Positions 17,773 through 26,551 of a DNA stretch of 64,000 nt are shown in pieces. The notes under the pieces were generated by a model. That model was not told the origin of the DNA, made no database searches, and worked only from the letters and a program-made list of their open reading frames with translations. The position numbers were made by a program, and so were the translations under genes. Each line of letters opens with the position of its first letter. Position 1 is the stretch's first letter. Source of the DNA: a bacterium (GTDB lineage: Bacteria; UBA8248); the NCBI GenBank assembly GCA_965221165.1, contig CBDCRP010000003.1, positions 384,001 through 448,000 on the forward strand. Direction: 5' to 3'.

Positions 17773-18774
17773 CTAGTCGAGTTCTCCCAGAATCCGGAGA
17801 GCTCGCTTCATGTCCTCTTCGGGCGTCTCGTCGGGCACGCGGAAAAGCGGCTGCGTGACGCCTGCCTCTCTCAGAGCGGCCAGCATCTCGTTGCACCTGG
17901 ATTTGGGGCCGCAAATGGCGAGGTCATCCAGCAGCGCGTCCGAGAGGGCTTCTCCCGCCGCCCTGCGGCCTCCCTTCCGCCAGGCCGCCCGGATGCTGTC
18001 GGCATCCTCCCCATAGCCCCAGCGCGTGAGCTGGGCATGGTAGTAATCGCCCATCGCCCCGATGTAGAACCCGAGTTCGGGCTTTACGAGTGCGCGCGCG
18101 CGGTCGATGTCATCAAAAGGCACCGCGTAGACGAAGGGCGCCACGTCGACCTCGGAGACCGCCCTGCCCGCCGATTCCGCGCCCTCTTCCAGGAATTTCA
18201 GCGCGTCTTTCATTCTCGAAAACGGAATGCAGAAAGGAATCCACCCATCTGCTATCTCCCCGGTCAGTCTCGTATAATTCGGGCCGTTCGACCCCAGATA
18301 GATGGGCAGGCGCTCCTGCACCGGCTTTCGCCTCAGCCTGAAGCCGCTCATCCGGTAGATTTCACCACCGAGCTCCACGCGATCGCCCCGGAACGCCTGG
18401 CGCAGGGCTTCGACCATCTCCCGGGAGCGCTTGAGCGGGCTGCCGAAGGGAACCCCGTGCCAGTTCTCGATCACCGCCTGGCCGCTCGAGCCCAGCCCCA
18501 GATGGAAGCGGCCATCGCTCAGGACGTCGAGTTCCGCCGCCGTCTGGGCCATGAGGCCCGGGCTTCTGCCGTAGATGTTGAACACCGCCGAGCCGAGCTT
18601 GATGTTGTCCACCGCCTGCGCCGCCATGGCGACGTGGATGCTGCCGTCGCGCACCCAGGTCTCTGGAAACCAGAGCGAGTCGATGCCCGAATCCTCGCAC
18701 CACCGGGCGAACAGCGGAACCTCGCGCGCGTCGATGGTCTCCTGGTGCCACAAAACGACCCCTTTTTTCCTCAT
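17773..18774 (-). CDS. LLM-class (luciferase-like, possibly F420-dependent) oxidoreductase
   Basis: SLWFPE, LSDGRFHLGLGSSG, PIYLG and GEIADGW. Confidence 0.88.
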   Translation of the reverse strand: MRKKGVVLWHQETIDAREVPLFARWCEDSGIDSLWFPETWVRDGSIHVAMAAQAVDNIKLGSAVFNIYGRSPGLMAQTAAELDVLSDGRFHLGLGSSGQAVIENWHGVPFGSPLKRSREMVEALRQAFRGDRVELGGEIYRMSGFRLRRKPVQERLPIYLGSNGPNYTRLTGEIADGWIPFCIPFSRMKDALKFLEEGAESAGRAVSEVDVAPFVYAVPFDDIDRARALVKPELGFYIGAMGDYYHAQLTRWGYGEDADSIRAAWRKGGRRAAGEALSDALLDDLAICGPKSRCNEMLAALREAGVTQPLFRVPDETPEEDMKRALRILGELD

Positions 18775-18815
18775 GAACCCACTCCCTTGCAATTACGAGT
18801 CCTCGGGATTCGCGC

Positions 18816-18844
18816 TTGACAGACTCTCACATCTCTCCTATAAA
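18816..18844 (+). promoter_or_regulatory. sigma70 promoter of the DEAD-box helicase
   Basis: TTGACA-N17-TATAAA, close to consensus. Confidence 0.6.
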
Positions 18845-18852
18845 CACTCATC

Positions 18853-20574
18853 GTGAGAATTATCAAACATTTAGCGAGCATCATAAGCTCCAAAAACAAA
18901 GAAGACGCCCCCCGGAACCCATCTCCCGCCAAGGTTCAGGAATCCGCTTCCGTGCCATCCGCAAACCATACCGGGCGGAGAGACCCCGACTCGGCCCCAA
19001 AGACCGCCGATGGCGAATCCCGGCAGGAAAAAACCGACCCGACGACAACGAATTCCGCGAATCCGCGCCGCCGGCGCAGACGCCCGCGGAGAAAACAAAA
19101 TAATGGAGAAACATTGCATAAGCAAAACGGAACGAGCATAGAATCGAAAAAACAAACAAGCGGCGACCAGCCGCCGAAAAGCAACAGAAACAAAAGACGC
19201 CGCAAGAAAAAACCCGCAACATCCGGGGCGCAGGCCGCACCACAAAAACCCCAGAAAGCCGCGAATCCCTCCTATAACGGCGTTATCTACCGGAAAGACC
19301 CCGCCGACTTCGGCGTGGGCGATTTCGACGTCGCAGACGCGCCCGAAGGCTTCCGGGAACTCGGCTTCGGGCCGGAACTGCTCCGCGGGATTCAGGGTCT
19401 GGAATTCGGCGCGCCCACTCCCATCCAGTGGGAGGCGATTCCCGTCGCGCGCGAGGGTCGGGACATCATCGGCTGCGCCCAGACGGGCACGGGGAAAACG
19501 GCCTCGTTCGCACTGCCGACTCTCGAACATTTACAAGGCGACTCGGGCACGCGGTGTCTCGTCCTGACGCCCACCCGGGAGCTGGCCATACAGGTTTCAG
19601 AACAATTCCACCGCCTGGGCAAACACCTCGAAACCTCGTGCGCCGTCATTTACGGCGGAGTGGACTACGAGCCGCAATTCCAGGCTTTCCAGGACGACGT
19701 GGACATCGTCGTCGCGACGCCCGGCAGACTGCTCGATCACTTGAACCGGAAATCCGTTCATTTCAGGAAACTGGAGATACTCATCATCGACGAGGCCGAC
19801 CGCATGCTGGACATGGGCTTCGCCGAGGAGATCACCGATATTCTGAAACGCCTGCCCCAAAAGCGGCAAACCATGCTCTTCTCCGCCACTATGCCCGAGA
19901 AAATTCAGGACCTGGCGAATCGCGCGGTGAGCGAGCCGGTCCAGATCAACATCTCGCCGCCATCGACTCCGGCGGAGGGCATCCACCACGGCGTCTACCC
20001 CATCAGCATGGCGAACAAGCCCCGCGGCGTGTTGGGCATCATCGATAAATACAACCCCACCAGCGTTCTCATCTTCACGAGAACCAAAGCCGGGGCCGAT
20101 GTGCTGTGCAATTTCCTGGAGAACGAGAAAATTTCCGTCGCCAAGATTCATTCCGACAGAAACCAGCGCCAAAGAGAAAAAGCGCTGGCGGGCTTTCGCC
20201 AGGGCAAGCACCGAATTCTCGTGGCGACGGACATCGTTTCGCGCGGCATCGACGTGACGGGCATCTCGCACGTCATCAATTACGACGTGCCCGAGTACCC
20301 CGAGGACTACGTGCATCGCGCAGGCAGAACGGCGCGCGCCGGCCGCATCGGCTACGCCATGACGCTTATGTCGCCCGGCGAAATCACGCCCGTCAAGAAC
20401 ATCGAGCGCTTTATCGGCAAGGCGCTGCCCCGGGTCGGCATGAAAGGTTTTGCGAATGACGTCCACCAACAAAACCTCGAGAACGAGCCCAAACCCCTGC
20501 TCGACCAGCCGACCGTCGCGCGCTATGAACGACTTCGCAAAATGCCGCGCCGCACCGGCCTCTCGCTTCGCTAG
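18853..20574 (+). CDS. DEAD-box RNA helicase (RhlE/RhlB-like) with basic disordered N-terminus
   Basis: Q motif, AQTGTGKT, PTRELA, TPGRL, DEAD, SAT and HRAGRTARAG. Start codon uncertain. Confidence 0.93.
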   Translation: MRIIKHLASIISSKNKEDAPRNPSPAKVQESASVPSANHTGRRDPDSAPKTADGESRQEKTDPTTTNSANPRRRRRRPRRKQNNGETLHKQNGTSIESKKQTSGDQPPKSNRNKRRRKKKPATSGAQAAPQKPQKAANPSYNGVIYRKDPADFGVGDFDVADAPEGFRELGFGPELLRGIQGLEFGAPTPIQWEAIPVAREGRDIIGCAQTGTGKTASFALPTLEHLQGDSGTRCLVLTPTRELAIQVSEQFHRLGKHLETSCAVIYGGVDYEPQFQAFQDDVDIVVATPGRLLDHLNRKSVHFRKLEILIIDEADRMLDMGFAEEITDILKRLPQKRQTMLFSATMPEKIQDLANRAVSEPVQINISPPSTPAEGIHHGVYPISMANKPRGVLGIIDKYNPTSVLIFTRTKAGADVLCNFLENEKISVAKIHSDRNQRQREKALAGFRQGKHRILVATDIVSRGIDVTGISHVINYDVPEYPEDYVHRAGRTARAGRIGYAMTLMSPGEITPVKNIERFIGKALPRVGMKGFANDVHQQNLENEPKPLLDQPTVARYERLRKMPRRTGLSLR

Positions 20575-20709
20575 TTCGCCCCCTTCGGCAAAAATCATGT
20601 CCTTTTTGTAAAGATTCTGTAAATTTTCACAAATAATTGATATTGTGTGAGTTACGTGTATAAATCATGCGTTTGGCGGTGCAAAAAATCGCTTTCGTCC
20701 CGTTTTCTA

Positions 20710-20738
20710 TTGACCTCTTCGCGCGGCTACGCTAAATT
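20710..20738 (+). promoter_or_regulatory. putative sigma70 promoter of hup
   Basis: TTGACC-N17-TAAATT. Confidence 0.5.
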
Positions 20739-20815
20739 GCCCTACCTACAGAAATACATTCGATATGAAACGAAGACCTTTCATAAGGCCCGTACAATTC
20801 TGGGGGGACTCCTGA

Positions 20816-21091
20816 ATGCAGAAATCGAATATCGTAGAAAAAATCGCAGAGGAAGCCGGTATCTCGAAGGCCGCAGCAGACAGGGCTCTTAAATCCTTGC
20901 TCGATTCCGTCACGCAAGCCCTGAAAAAAGGCGACCGCGTCTCCCTGGTCGGCTTCGGAACATTTTCCGTCTCAAAGCGGGCCGCTCGCACGGGCCGCAA
21001 TCCCCAAACGGGCGAGCAGATCTCGATCAAGGCGAGCAAGACGCCCAAGTTCTCCGCAGGCAAAAGCCTCAAGGACGCGGTGAACAAATAA
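20816..21091 (+). CDS. hup: DNA-binding protein HU
   Basis: [21 protein letters not shown] and [13 protein letters not shown]. Confidence 0.97.
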   Translation: MQKSNIVEKIAEEAGISKAAADRALKSLLDSVTQALKKGDRVSLVGFGTFSVSKRAARTGRNPQTGEQISIKASKTPKFSAGKSLKDAVNK

Positions 21092-21140
21092 GCGCAAACT
21101 TTTGAAGGCGCTTTAGACAAAAATCATCCGATATAAAGTT

Positions 21141-21186
21141 AAACCCCCGACGCTGGAGGTGCAATGTCCGGTGTAGGGGGTTTTTT
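21141..21186 (+). terminator. rho-independent terminator after hup
   Basis: AAACCCCC...GGGGGTTTTTT. Confidence 0.6.
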
Positions 21187-21232
21187 ATTTTCAAGAACCC
21201 ATTCCGCTCTGGCGAGGCATGAGACGAGCGTT

Positions 21233-21353
21233 TAGGGGCCGTTCGCGAACGGCCCCTATGTCTTTGGGGTCGGCAACGTGACTGTAGGGGCCGCATATAT
21301 GCGGCCCTGCTTTTTCACCGTCAAAACATGGGTCGCATATATGCGACCCCTAC
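21233..21353. repeat. REP cluster (GTAG family)
   Basis: Perfect palindrome TAGGGGCCGTTCGCGAACGGCCCCTA (21233-21258) and the doublet GTAGGGGCCGCATATATGCGGCCC...GGGTCGCATATATGCGACCCCTAC (21284-21353). Confidence 0.8.
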
Positions 21354-21463
21354 AAGGGCATCACGCTGTCCACAGGAACAGGCTTCTACCCCCATGAGGG
21401 TATGCCAAACTTCAAGGGGTGAGCATTGATCGTTTTACCGAATTCTGCCGACCCGAAACGGCT

Positions 21464-22552
21464 TCAGGCGAGAAAATTCGTGAGCTTCGAGAGGAAGCGT
21501 TCGTTCTCTATCTCTAGCCCGATGGTTACGCGAATCCAATCGGGACAACCGAAAGCGCTGCCGGGGCGAACGATGACGCCCTCGCGCATCAGCGCATCCA
21601 TCGCGCCGTCCCCATCGCCCACGCGCACGAAAATAAAATTGGCCTGGCTCTCGACGTATGCCAGTCCCATCTCCTCGAACGCCCGGTAGAGCGTTTCTTT
21701 TCCCTCTCGCACCAGAGCGATGGCGCGCTCCCTGTAGTCGTCGTCCTCGAGCGCGGCCAAAGCCGCCGCTTGCGCGAGTTGATTCACGTTGAAAGGCTCA
21801 CGAACGCGGTTCATGTACTCGACGACGCCCTCCCTGCTCACGGCGAACCCCACGCGAAGGCCCGCAAGGCCATAAATTTTCGAAAACGAGCGCAGAACGA
21901 CGAGCGGGAAGCGATCGATGAGAGAGGAGCTGTCGGGGTAAGCCGGATCGTCCGTGAAATCGCCGTAGGCCTCATCCAGAAGCACAAGCAAGCCCTCGGG
22001 TAATTTTTCGAGAAAGGAAACAAGTTCATCCTCGGTCAATATCCCGCCCGTGGGATTGTTCGGAGAACAGAGGAAGACGATTTTCGTGCGCCCGGAAATC
22101 CTGGCGAAGACGTCGTCCAAATCTATTTTCATATCCCGCAAGGGAGAGAAAACGACGCGGGCGCCCATCACCCGGCTCACATGCGCATAGGGGCTGAAAG
22201 TGGGCCGTGGTATCACCACCTCGTCCCCGTCGTTGAGAAAAGTTCTGCTCAAAACGGAGAGAACGTCGTCTCCGCCGTTTCCCATGAACACCCGGGATGG
22301 CGCAACGCCCAGTTTTTGCGCCAGACGGCCCACCAGCGCTTTCGCCCCGCCATCGGGATAGCGGTGCAGGCCGTCGAGCACGCCGCGAATCGCATCCACC
22401 GCGCCGGGCGTGGGGCCGAGCGCATTCTCGTTGCCGGCGAGCTTGACGACCTCGCCCAGCCCGTACTCGGCGGCCACATCTTCGATGGAGCGCCCCGGAA
22501 CATAGGCATGAAGCGATGAGACGCCCTTTCTCAGCAACTCTTCCACGTTCAA
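21464..22552 (-). CDS. hisC: histidinol-phosphate aminotransferase
   Basis: YVPGRS, KLAGNEN, RYPD, PNNPTG, DEAY and RSFSKIYGLAGLRVG. Confidence 0.93.
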   Translation of the reverse strand: MNVEELLRKGVSSLHAYVPGRSIEDVAAEYGLGEVVKLAGNENALGPTPGAVDAIRGVLDGLHRYPDGGAKALVGRLAQKLGVAPSRVFMGNGGDDVLSVLSRTFLNDGDEVVIPRPTFSPYAHVSRVMGARVVFSPLRDMKIDLDDVFARISGRTKIVFLCSPNNPTGGILTEDELVSFLEKLPEGLLVLLDEAYGDFTDDPAYPDSSSLIDRFPLVVLRSFSKIYGLAGLRVGFAVSREGVVEYMNRVREPFNVNQLAQAAALAALEDDDYRERAIALVREGKETLYRAFEEMGLAYVESQANFIFVRVGDGDGAMDALMREGVIVRPGSAFGCPDWIRVTIGLEIENERFLSKLTNFLA

Positions 22553-22785
22553 AGCCTTACACCTCTTTTCTTTGACTCGTTATCGTCCTGAACCTCTCGA
22601 ACGGCGAACATATAGACCATTCAGAGCGATTTGACCATCCCTCGGCAATCGACAAGCGCCCGGGCCTCTCGTTATCAACGAACCGGATATCGTCATACGT
22701 CATGAAGCCTGGAATGTCGATGCGTTGCCCTCGGCGAACAGGACGGCTAGAATATGCGGGACCAGCCGTCGAACGGAGATCTATC

Positions 22786-23634
22786 TTGAGCGATGCGAAT
22801 CCGGACGTGAAACTCAAAAGACTCGAACGAACCCTGAAAGAGATGGGGAGCGTTCTCGTCGCATTCTCGGCCGGCGTGGACAGCACCTTTTTGGCCAAAG
22901 TAGCCCACGAGGCCCTGGGCGCGGGGGCGCTCGCCGTCACGGGCCGCTCCGTCACCCTGGCATCCTCCGAACTGGAAGAATCGGGTGCGCTCGCAGAGCA
23001 AATCGGGATTCGCCACATCATCGTGGACACCGACGAGATTGCGGATGAATCTTTTGGAAACAACCCGCCGAATCGTTGTTATTTCTGCAAAAATGAACTC
23101 TATTCCGTCTTGAGCCGCGTGGCGTCCCAGGAGGAGATGGCCGTCATCGTCGACGGCTCGAACGCAGACGACGTGGGCGATCATCGGCCCGGCATGCAGG
23201 CGGCGCGGGAACTGGGCGTGAGAAGCCCGCTCATGGAAGTGGGAATGACGAAAGAAGATATCCGCACCCTCTCCAAATCATTCGGACTTTCCACCTGGGA
23301 CAAGCCTGCGCAAGCCTGTCTTTCGAGCCGCTTTCCCTATGGAGACCGCATCACGCCCGAGAAAATCGCCCAGGTCGAAAAAGCGGAAGCCGCCTTGCGG
23401 GAATTGGGTTTTAGGCAGTTGCGGGTGCGACACCATGACCGAATCGCAAGAATCGAGGTGCCAAAAGCCGACGTCGCGCGCCTGGTGGACGAAGAAATCT
23501 CAGAGCAAGTGATCGCCCGCATGAAAGAGGCCGGCTTCACCTACGTGACCATCGACCTGGAAGGGTTCCGATCGGGCAGCATGAACGAGGTGCTCGAATC
23601 CGGGCGCGGCTCCGATCTTCTCATACTCTCGTGA
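22786..23634 (+). CDS. larE: ATP-dependent sulfur transferase LarE
   Basis: AFSAGVDST PP-loop, RCYFCK, DHRPG, ACLSSRFPYG, RVRHH and GFRSGSMN. TTG start after GGAG. Confidence 0.92.
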   Translation: MSDANPDVKLKRLERTLKEMGSVLVAFSAGVDSTFLAKVAHEALGAGALAVTGRSVTLASSELEESGALAEQIGIRHIIVDTDEIADESFGNNPPNRCYFCKNELYSVLSRVASQEEMAVIVDGSNADDVGDHRPGMQAARELGVRSPLMEVGMTKEDIRTLSKSFGLSTWDKPAQACLSSRFPYGDRITPEKIAQVEKAEAALRELGFRQLRVRHHDRIARIEVPKADVARLVDEEISEQVIARMKEAGFTYVTIDLEGFRSGSMNEVLESGRGSDLLILS

Positions 23635-24389
23635 ACCCAGACTTCATCCTCGAACTCCTCGAGCAGGTGAAACAGGGCCGACTCGATCCGCAGGGCGCCG
23701 TCGCGCGCCTTCGGGATCTGCCGTTCGAGGACCTGGGCCACACGCGGGTGGATCATCACCGCGCCCTGAGAAGCGGGTTTCCCGAAGTCGTCTTCGGCGC
23801 GGGAAAAACCAGAGCCCAAGTCGTTGAAATCGCCAAGAGCCTGATGGCGAAAGAACAGACGGTTCTGCTCACGCACGCCAGGGCGGAGCAGGCAGAAGCC
23901 CTGCTCGAACTCTCTCCCCACGCGCATCACCACGAAACGGCGCGCATCGTCGAAATACCATCCCAGAATCCGCCCGCTCCCGTCGGCTCTCTCGCGGTCG
24001 TTTGCGCGGGCACCTCCGACATGCCCGTGGCCGAAGAGGCGGCGGTGACCGCGCGAATCCTGGGCTCCAAGGTGACGCACGTCTACGACGTGGGCGTGGC
24101 GGGTCTGCACCGCCTTCTGGCGGAGGTGAAAACCCTACATGAGGCCAACGTCATCATCGCCGTGGCGGGGATGGAAGGCGCCCTGCCCTCGGTGGTCGCA
24201 GGTCTGGTGGCCTGCCCCGTCATCGCGGTGCCCACCTCGGTGGGTTACGGGGCGAACCTGGGCGGATTGACGGCGCTTTTCGCCATGCTGAACTCATGCG
24301 CCTCGGGCCTAAGCGTGGTGAACATAGACAACGGCTTCGGCGCGGCCTGTCAGGCGCACCTCATCAACAAACAAACGGCCGCCTCGTGA
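23631..24389 (+). CDS. larB: nickel-pincer cofactor carboxylase/hydrolase LarB
   Basis: DHHRALRSGFPEVV, AGTSD, DVGVAGLHRL, AGMEGAL, PTSVGYG and VVNIDNGFGAA. Confidence 0.95.
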   Translation: MNPDFILELLEQVKQGRLDPQGAVARLRDLPFEDLGHTRVDHHRALRSGFPEVVFGAGKTRAQVVEIAKSLMAKEQTVLLTHARAEQAEALLELSPHAHHHETARIVEIPSQNPPAPVGSLAVVCAGTSDMPVAEEAAVTARILGSKVTHVYDVGVAGLHRLLAEVKTLHEANVIIAVAGMEGALPSVVAGLVACPVIAVPTSVGYGANLGGLTALFAMLNSCASGLSVVNIDNGFGAACQAHLINKQTAAS

Positions 24390-25624
24390 AGACGATCTAC
24401 TTCGACTGCTTTGCCGGTGCTGCGGGCGATATGCTCCTGGGCGCTTTGATAGACGTAGGCCTCGATTTCGCGGCGCTCGAAGGCGAGCTTGCGAAACTGG
24501 GAATCGATGGCTATTCCCTATCTTCTGAACCAGTTATCAAACAAGGAGTTTCGGCTAGAAAGTTCAGAGTGGACGTTACACAGGAAACCCGCCACCATCA
24601 CCACGAAGAGGGGGGCTCCCATCACGCGGAACACCACGGCCGCTCCTACAGCCAAATTCGGGAAATTCTCGAAAAAGCGCCGATTACGGAAACTCCCAAA
24701 AAACGCGCCATCTCGGCATTTCACCGCCTGGGAGTCGTGGAGGCGGGCATCCACGGCACGGACATCGACTCCATCCATTTCCACGAAGTGGGCGCGATTG
24801 ATTCCATCATCGACGTCACGGGCTATTTTCTGGGTCTCCACATGCTGGGTGTCGAGCGGGTTGCTGCCTCTCCCCTGCCGGTGGGACGCGGGTTCGTGCA
24901 ATGCGCGCACGGGCGGATGCCGGTTCCAGCACCCGCGACCGCGAAACTGCTCGAAGGCATACCCGTGGCGCAGGGCGATCTCGAGGGCGAGGTACTCACT
25001 CCAACGGGCGCTTTGCTCTTGAGCGAGAGCGCGGAATTTTTCGGTCCCATGCCCGAGATGACGATATCGCGGGTGGGCTACGGCGCGGGCGACAAGGACC
25101 AACCGAACACTCCCAACGCCGTTCGCGCCTTTTTGGGAGAAAGCGCATCGATTCCCGAGGGCGGGGGGCCTCCCACCACCATCGCCGTGCTGGAAGCCAA
25201 CATAGACGACATGAGTCCCGAGCTTTTCCCCCACGTCATAGAAGGCGCCTTGAAGGCGGGCGCGCTCGATGCGTTCTCCATACCCGTAACCGGCAAGAAA
25301 GGAAGGCCCGCGCAACTACTCACGATTTTAAGTCCCCTGTCCAGACAAGAGGCCCTCACCCGCTTTCTGTTCCGGGAGACATCGACCCTGGGCGTTCGCC
25401 ACCGCACGACGGGGCGCGCGGTCGCCGAGCGCGAGTGGATGGACGTCGCGCTCCCCTGGGGCGGGGTGCGCGTGAAAAAAGGAATTTTCGAGGGGAAGCT
25501 CACGAATCTCGCGCCCGAATACGAGGACTGCAAGCGCTTGGCGGAGGAAAACGGGGTACCGCTCAAGCAGGTGATCGAGGCGGCCCTCGCGCGCGCCAGA
25601 GACGCTCTGGGGGGCGAATCGTGA
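24386..25624 (+). CDS. larC: nickel insertase LarC
   Basis: YFDCFAGAAGDM, His-rich segment, HFHEVGAIDSI, PVPAPAT, LTPTG, EANIDDM, ETSTLGVR and PEYEDC. Continuous frame. Confidence 0.95.
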   Translation: MKTIYFDCFAGAAGDMLLGALIDVGLDFAALEGELAKLGIDGYSLSSEPVIKQGVSARKFRVDVTQETRHHHHEEGGSHHAEHHGRSYSQIREILEKAPITETPKKRAISAFHRLGVVEAGIHGTDIDSIHFHEVGAIDSIIDVTGYFLGLHMLGVERVAASPLPVGRGFVQCAHGRMPVPAPATAKLLEGIPVAQGDLEGEVLTPTGALLLSESAEFFGPMPEMTISRVGYGAGDKDQPNTPNAVRAFLGESASIPEGGGPPTTIAVLEANIDDMSPELFPHVIEGALKAGALDAFSIPVTGKKGRPAQLLTILSPLSRQEALTRFLFRETSTLGVRHRTTGRAVAEREWMDVALPWGGVRVKKGIFEGKLTNLAPEYEDCKRLAEENGVPLKQVIEAALARARDALGGES

Positions 25625-25766
25625 GAATCCGTTTTCATGGATGCCGGCGAGAGGCCGATGACGGCCCGCCGGGAAGAACCAGAGGGCCGGCCATACAGAT
25701 CCGCTTTAACAGGTGATGCGTGATGCGCGGGGCAAACCCGGTGAGAAAGAGTCGAGGGGGTCGTCC

Positions 25767-26009
25767 ATGAAGATACGCCTTAAATTGTTCGCCGATTTCG
25801 CGGAGAAAATGCCGCCCGAACAGGACCCGGAGGGCGCCGCCGAAATTACGCTGCCCGAGGACGCGCGGGTGTACGACGTGCTCGATCGCTTCGAGATACC
25901 TTATGAGGAAGCCTATATCGTCCTGCTAGACGGCCGGCACGCGAAAAAATCGGCCGTGATACCCGAAGGATCCGAGCTTTGCGTGTTTCCGCCGATTGTG
26001 GGCGGATGA
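25767..26009 (+). CDS. MoaD/ThiS family ubiquitin-like sulfur carrier
   Basis: 80 aa, begins MKIRLKLFA and ends VFPPIVGG (di-Gly terminus). Confidence 0.9.
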   Translation: MKIRLKLFADFAEKMPPEQDPEGAAEITLPEDARVYDVLDRFEIPYEEAYIVLLDGRHAKKSAVIPEGSELCVFPPIVGG

Positions 26010-26028
26010 GGGTGAAAGGCAGGTCAAA

Positions 26029-26551
26029 CCCTCCTCCCGCAGGTCGGACATATATGTCCGCCACCCATACATGCGACCCATGTTCTACGGGCGAAAGGCC
26101 GGGCCGCATATATGCCTCCCCTACAAAAAACGATATCTCCCTCATCGGCCGGGAAAGGCGCAAACCCTCGCTCCCCGGGGTTGTTGAAAAACCCCTCCCC
26201 GCTAAGAATTGACCACTGCCGTTATTCCGGCGAAAGCCGGAATCCAGTGCCGAGCGGAATGGCAATACTCCGGCTTTTCATCTCCTCGTCATTGGCGGGG
26301 ATCAATCAGAAAATAAAAAACAAAGGCAAAACACATGGATTCCGGCATACGCCGGAATGACGAACAAAGGCAAGAAGCAATCCCTCCCGCATTGGTCGCC
26401 ATCCCTCCTCCCGCAGGTCGGACATATATGTCCGCCACCCATACGTGCGACCCATGTTCTACGGGCGAAGGGCCGGGCCGCATATATGCCTCCCCTACAA
26501 AAAACGATATCTCCCTCATCGGCCGGGAAAGGCGCAAACCCTCGCTCCCCG
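26029..26551. repeat. 149-bp direct repeat pair (26029-26177, 26403-26551) built from REP-like units, enclosing a palindromic element
   Basis: The copies differ at about 2 positions. Between them lies CGTTATTCCGGCGAAAGCCGGAATCCA...TGGATTCCGGCATACGCCGGAATGACG. Confidence 0.9.

Noticed and set aside
20615-20632. Rex-box-like sequence upstream of hup (TTCTGTAAATTTTCACAA)
   Set aside because: Only one half-site matches TTGTGAA-N4-TTCACAA well, which is expected by chance in an AT-rich promoter region.
24386-25624. Programmed frameshift in larC, known in some species
   Set aside because: The frame is continuous across both LarC domains.
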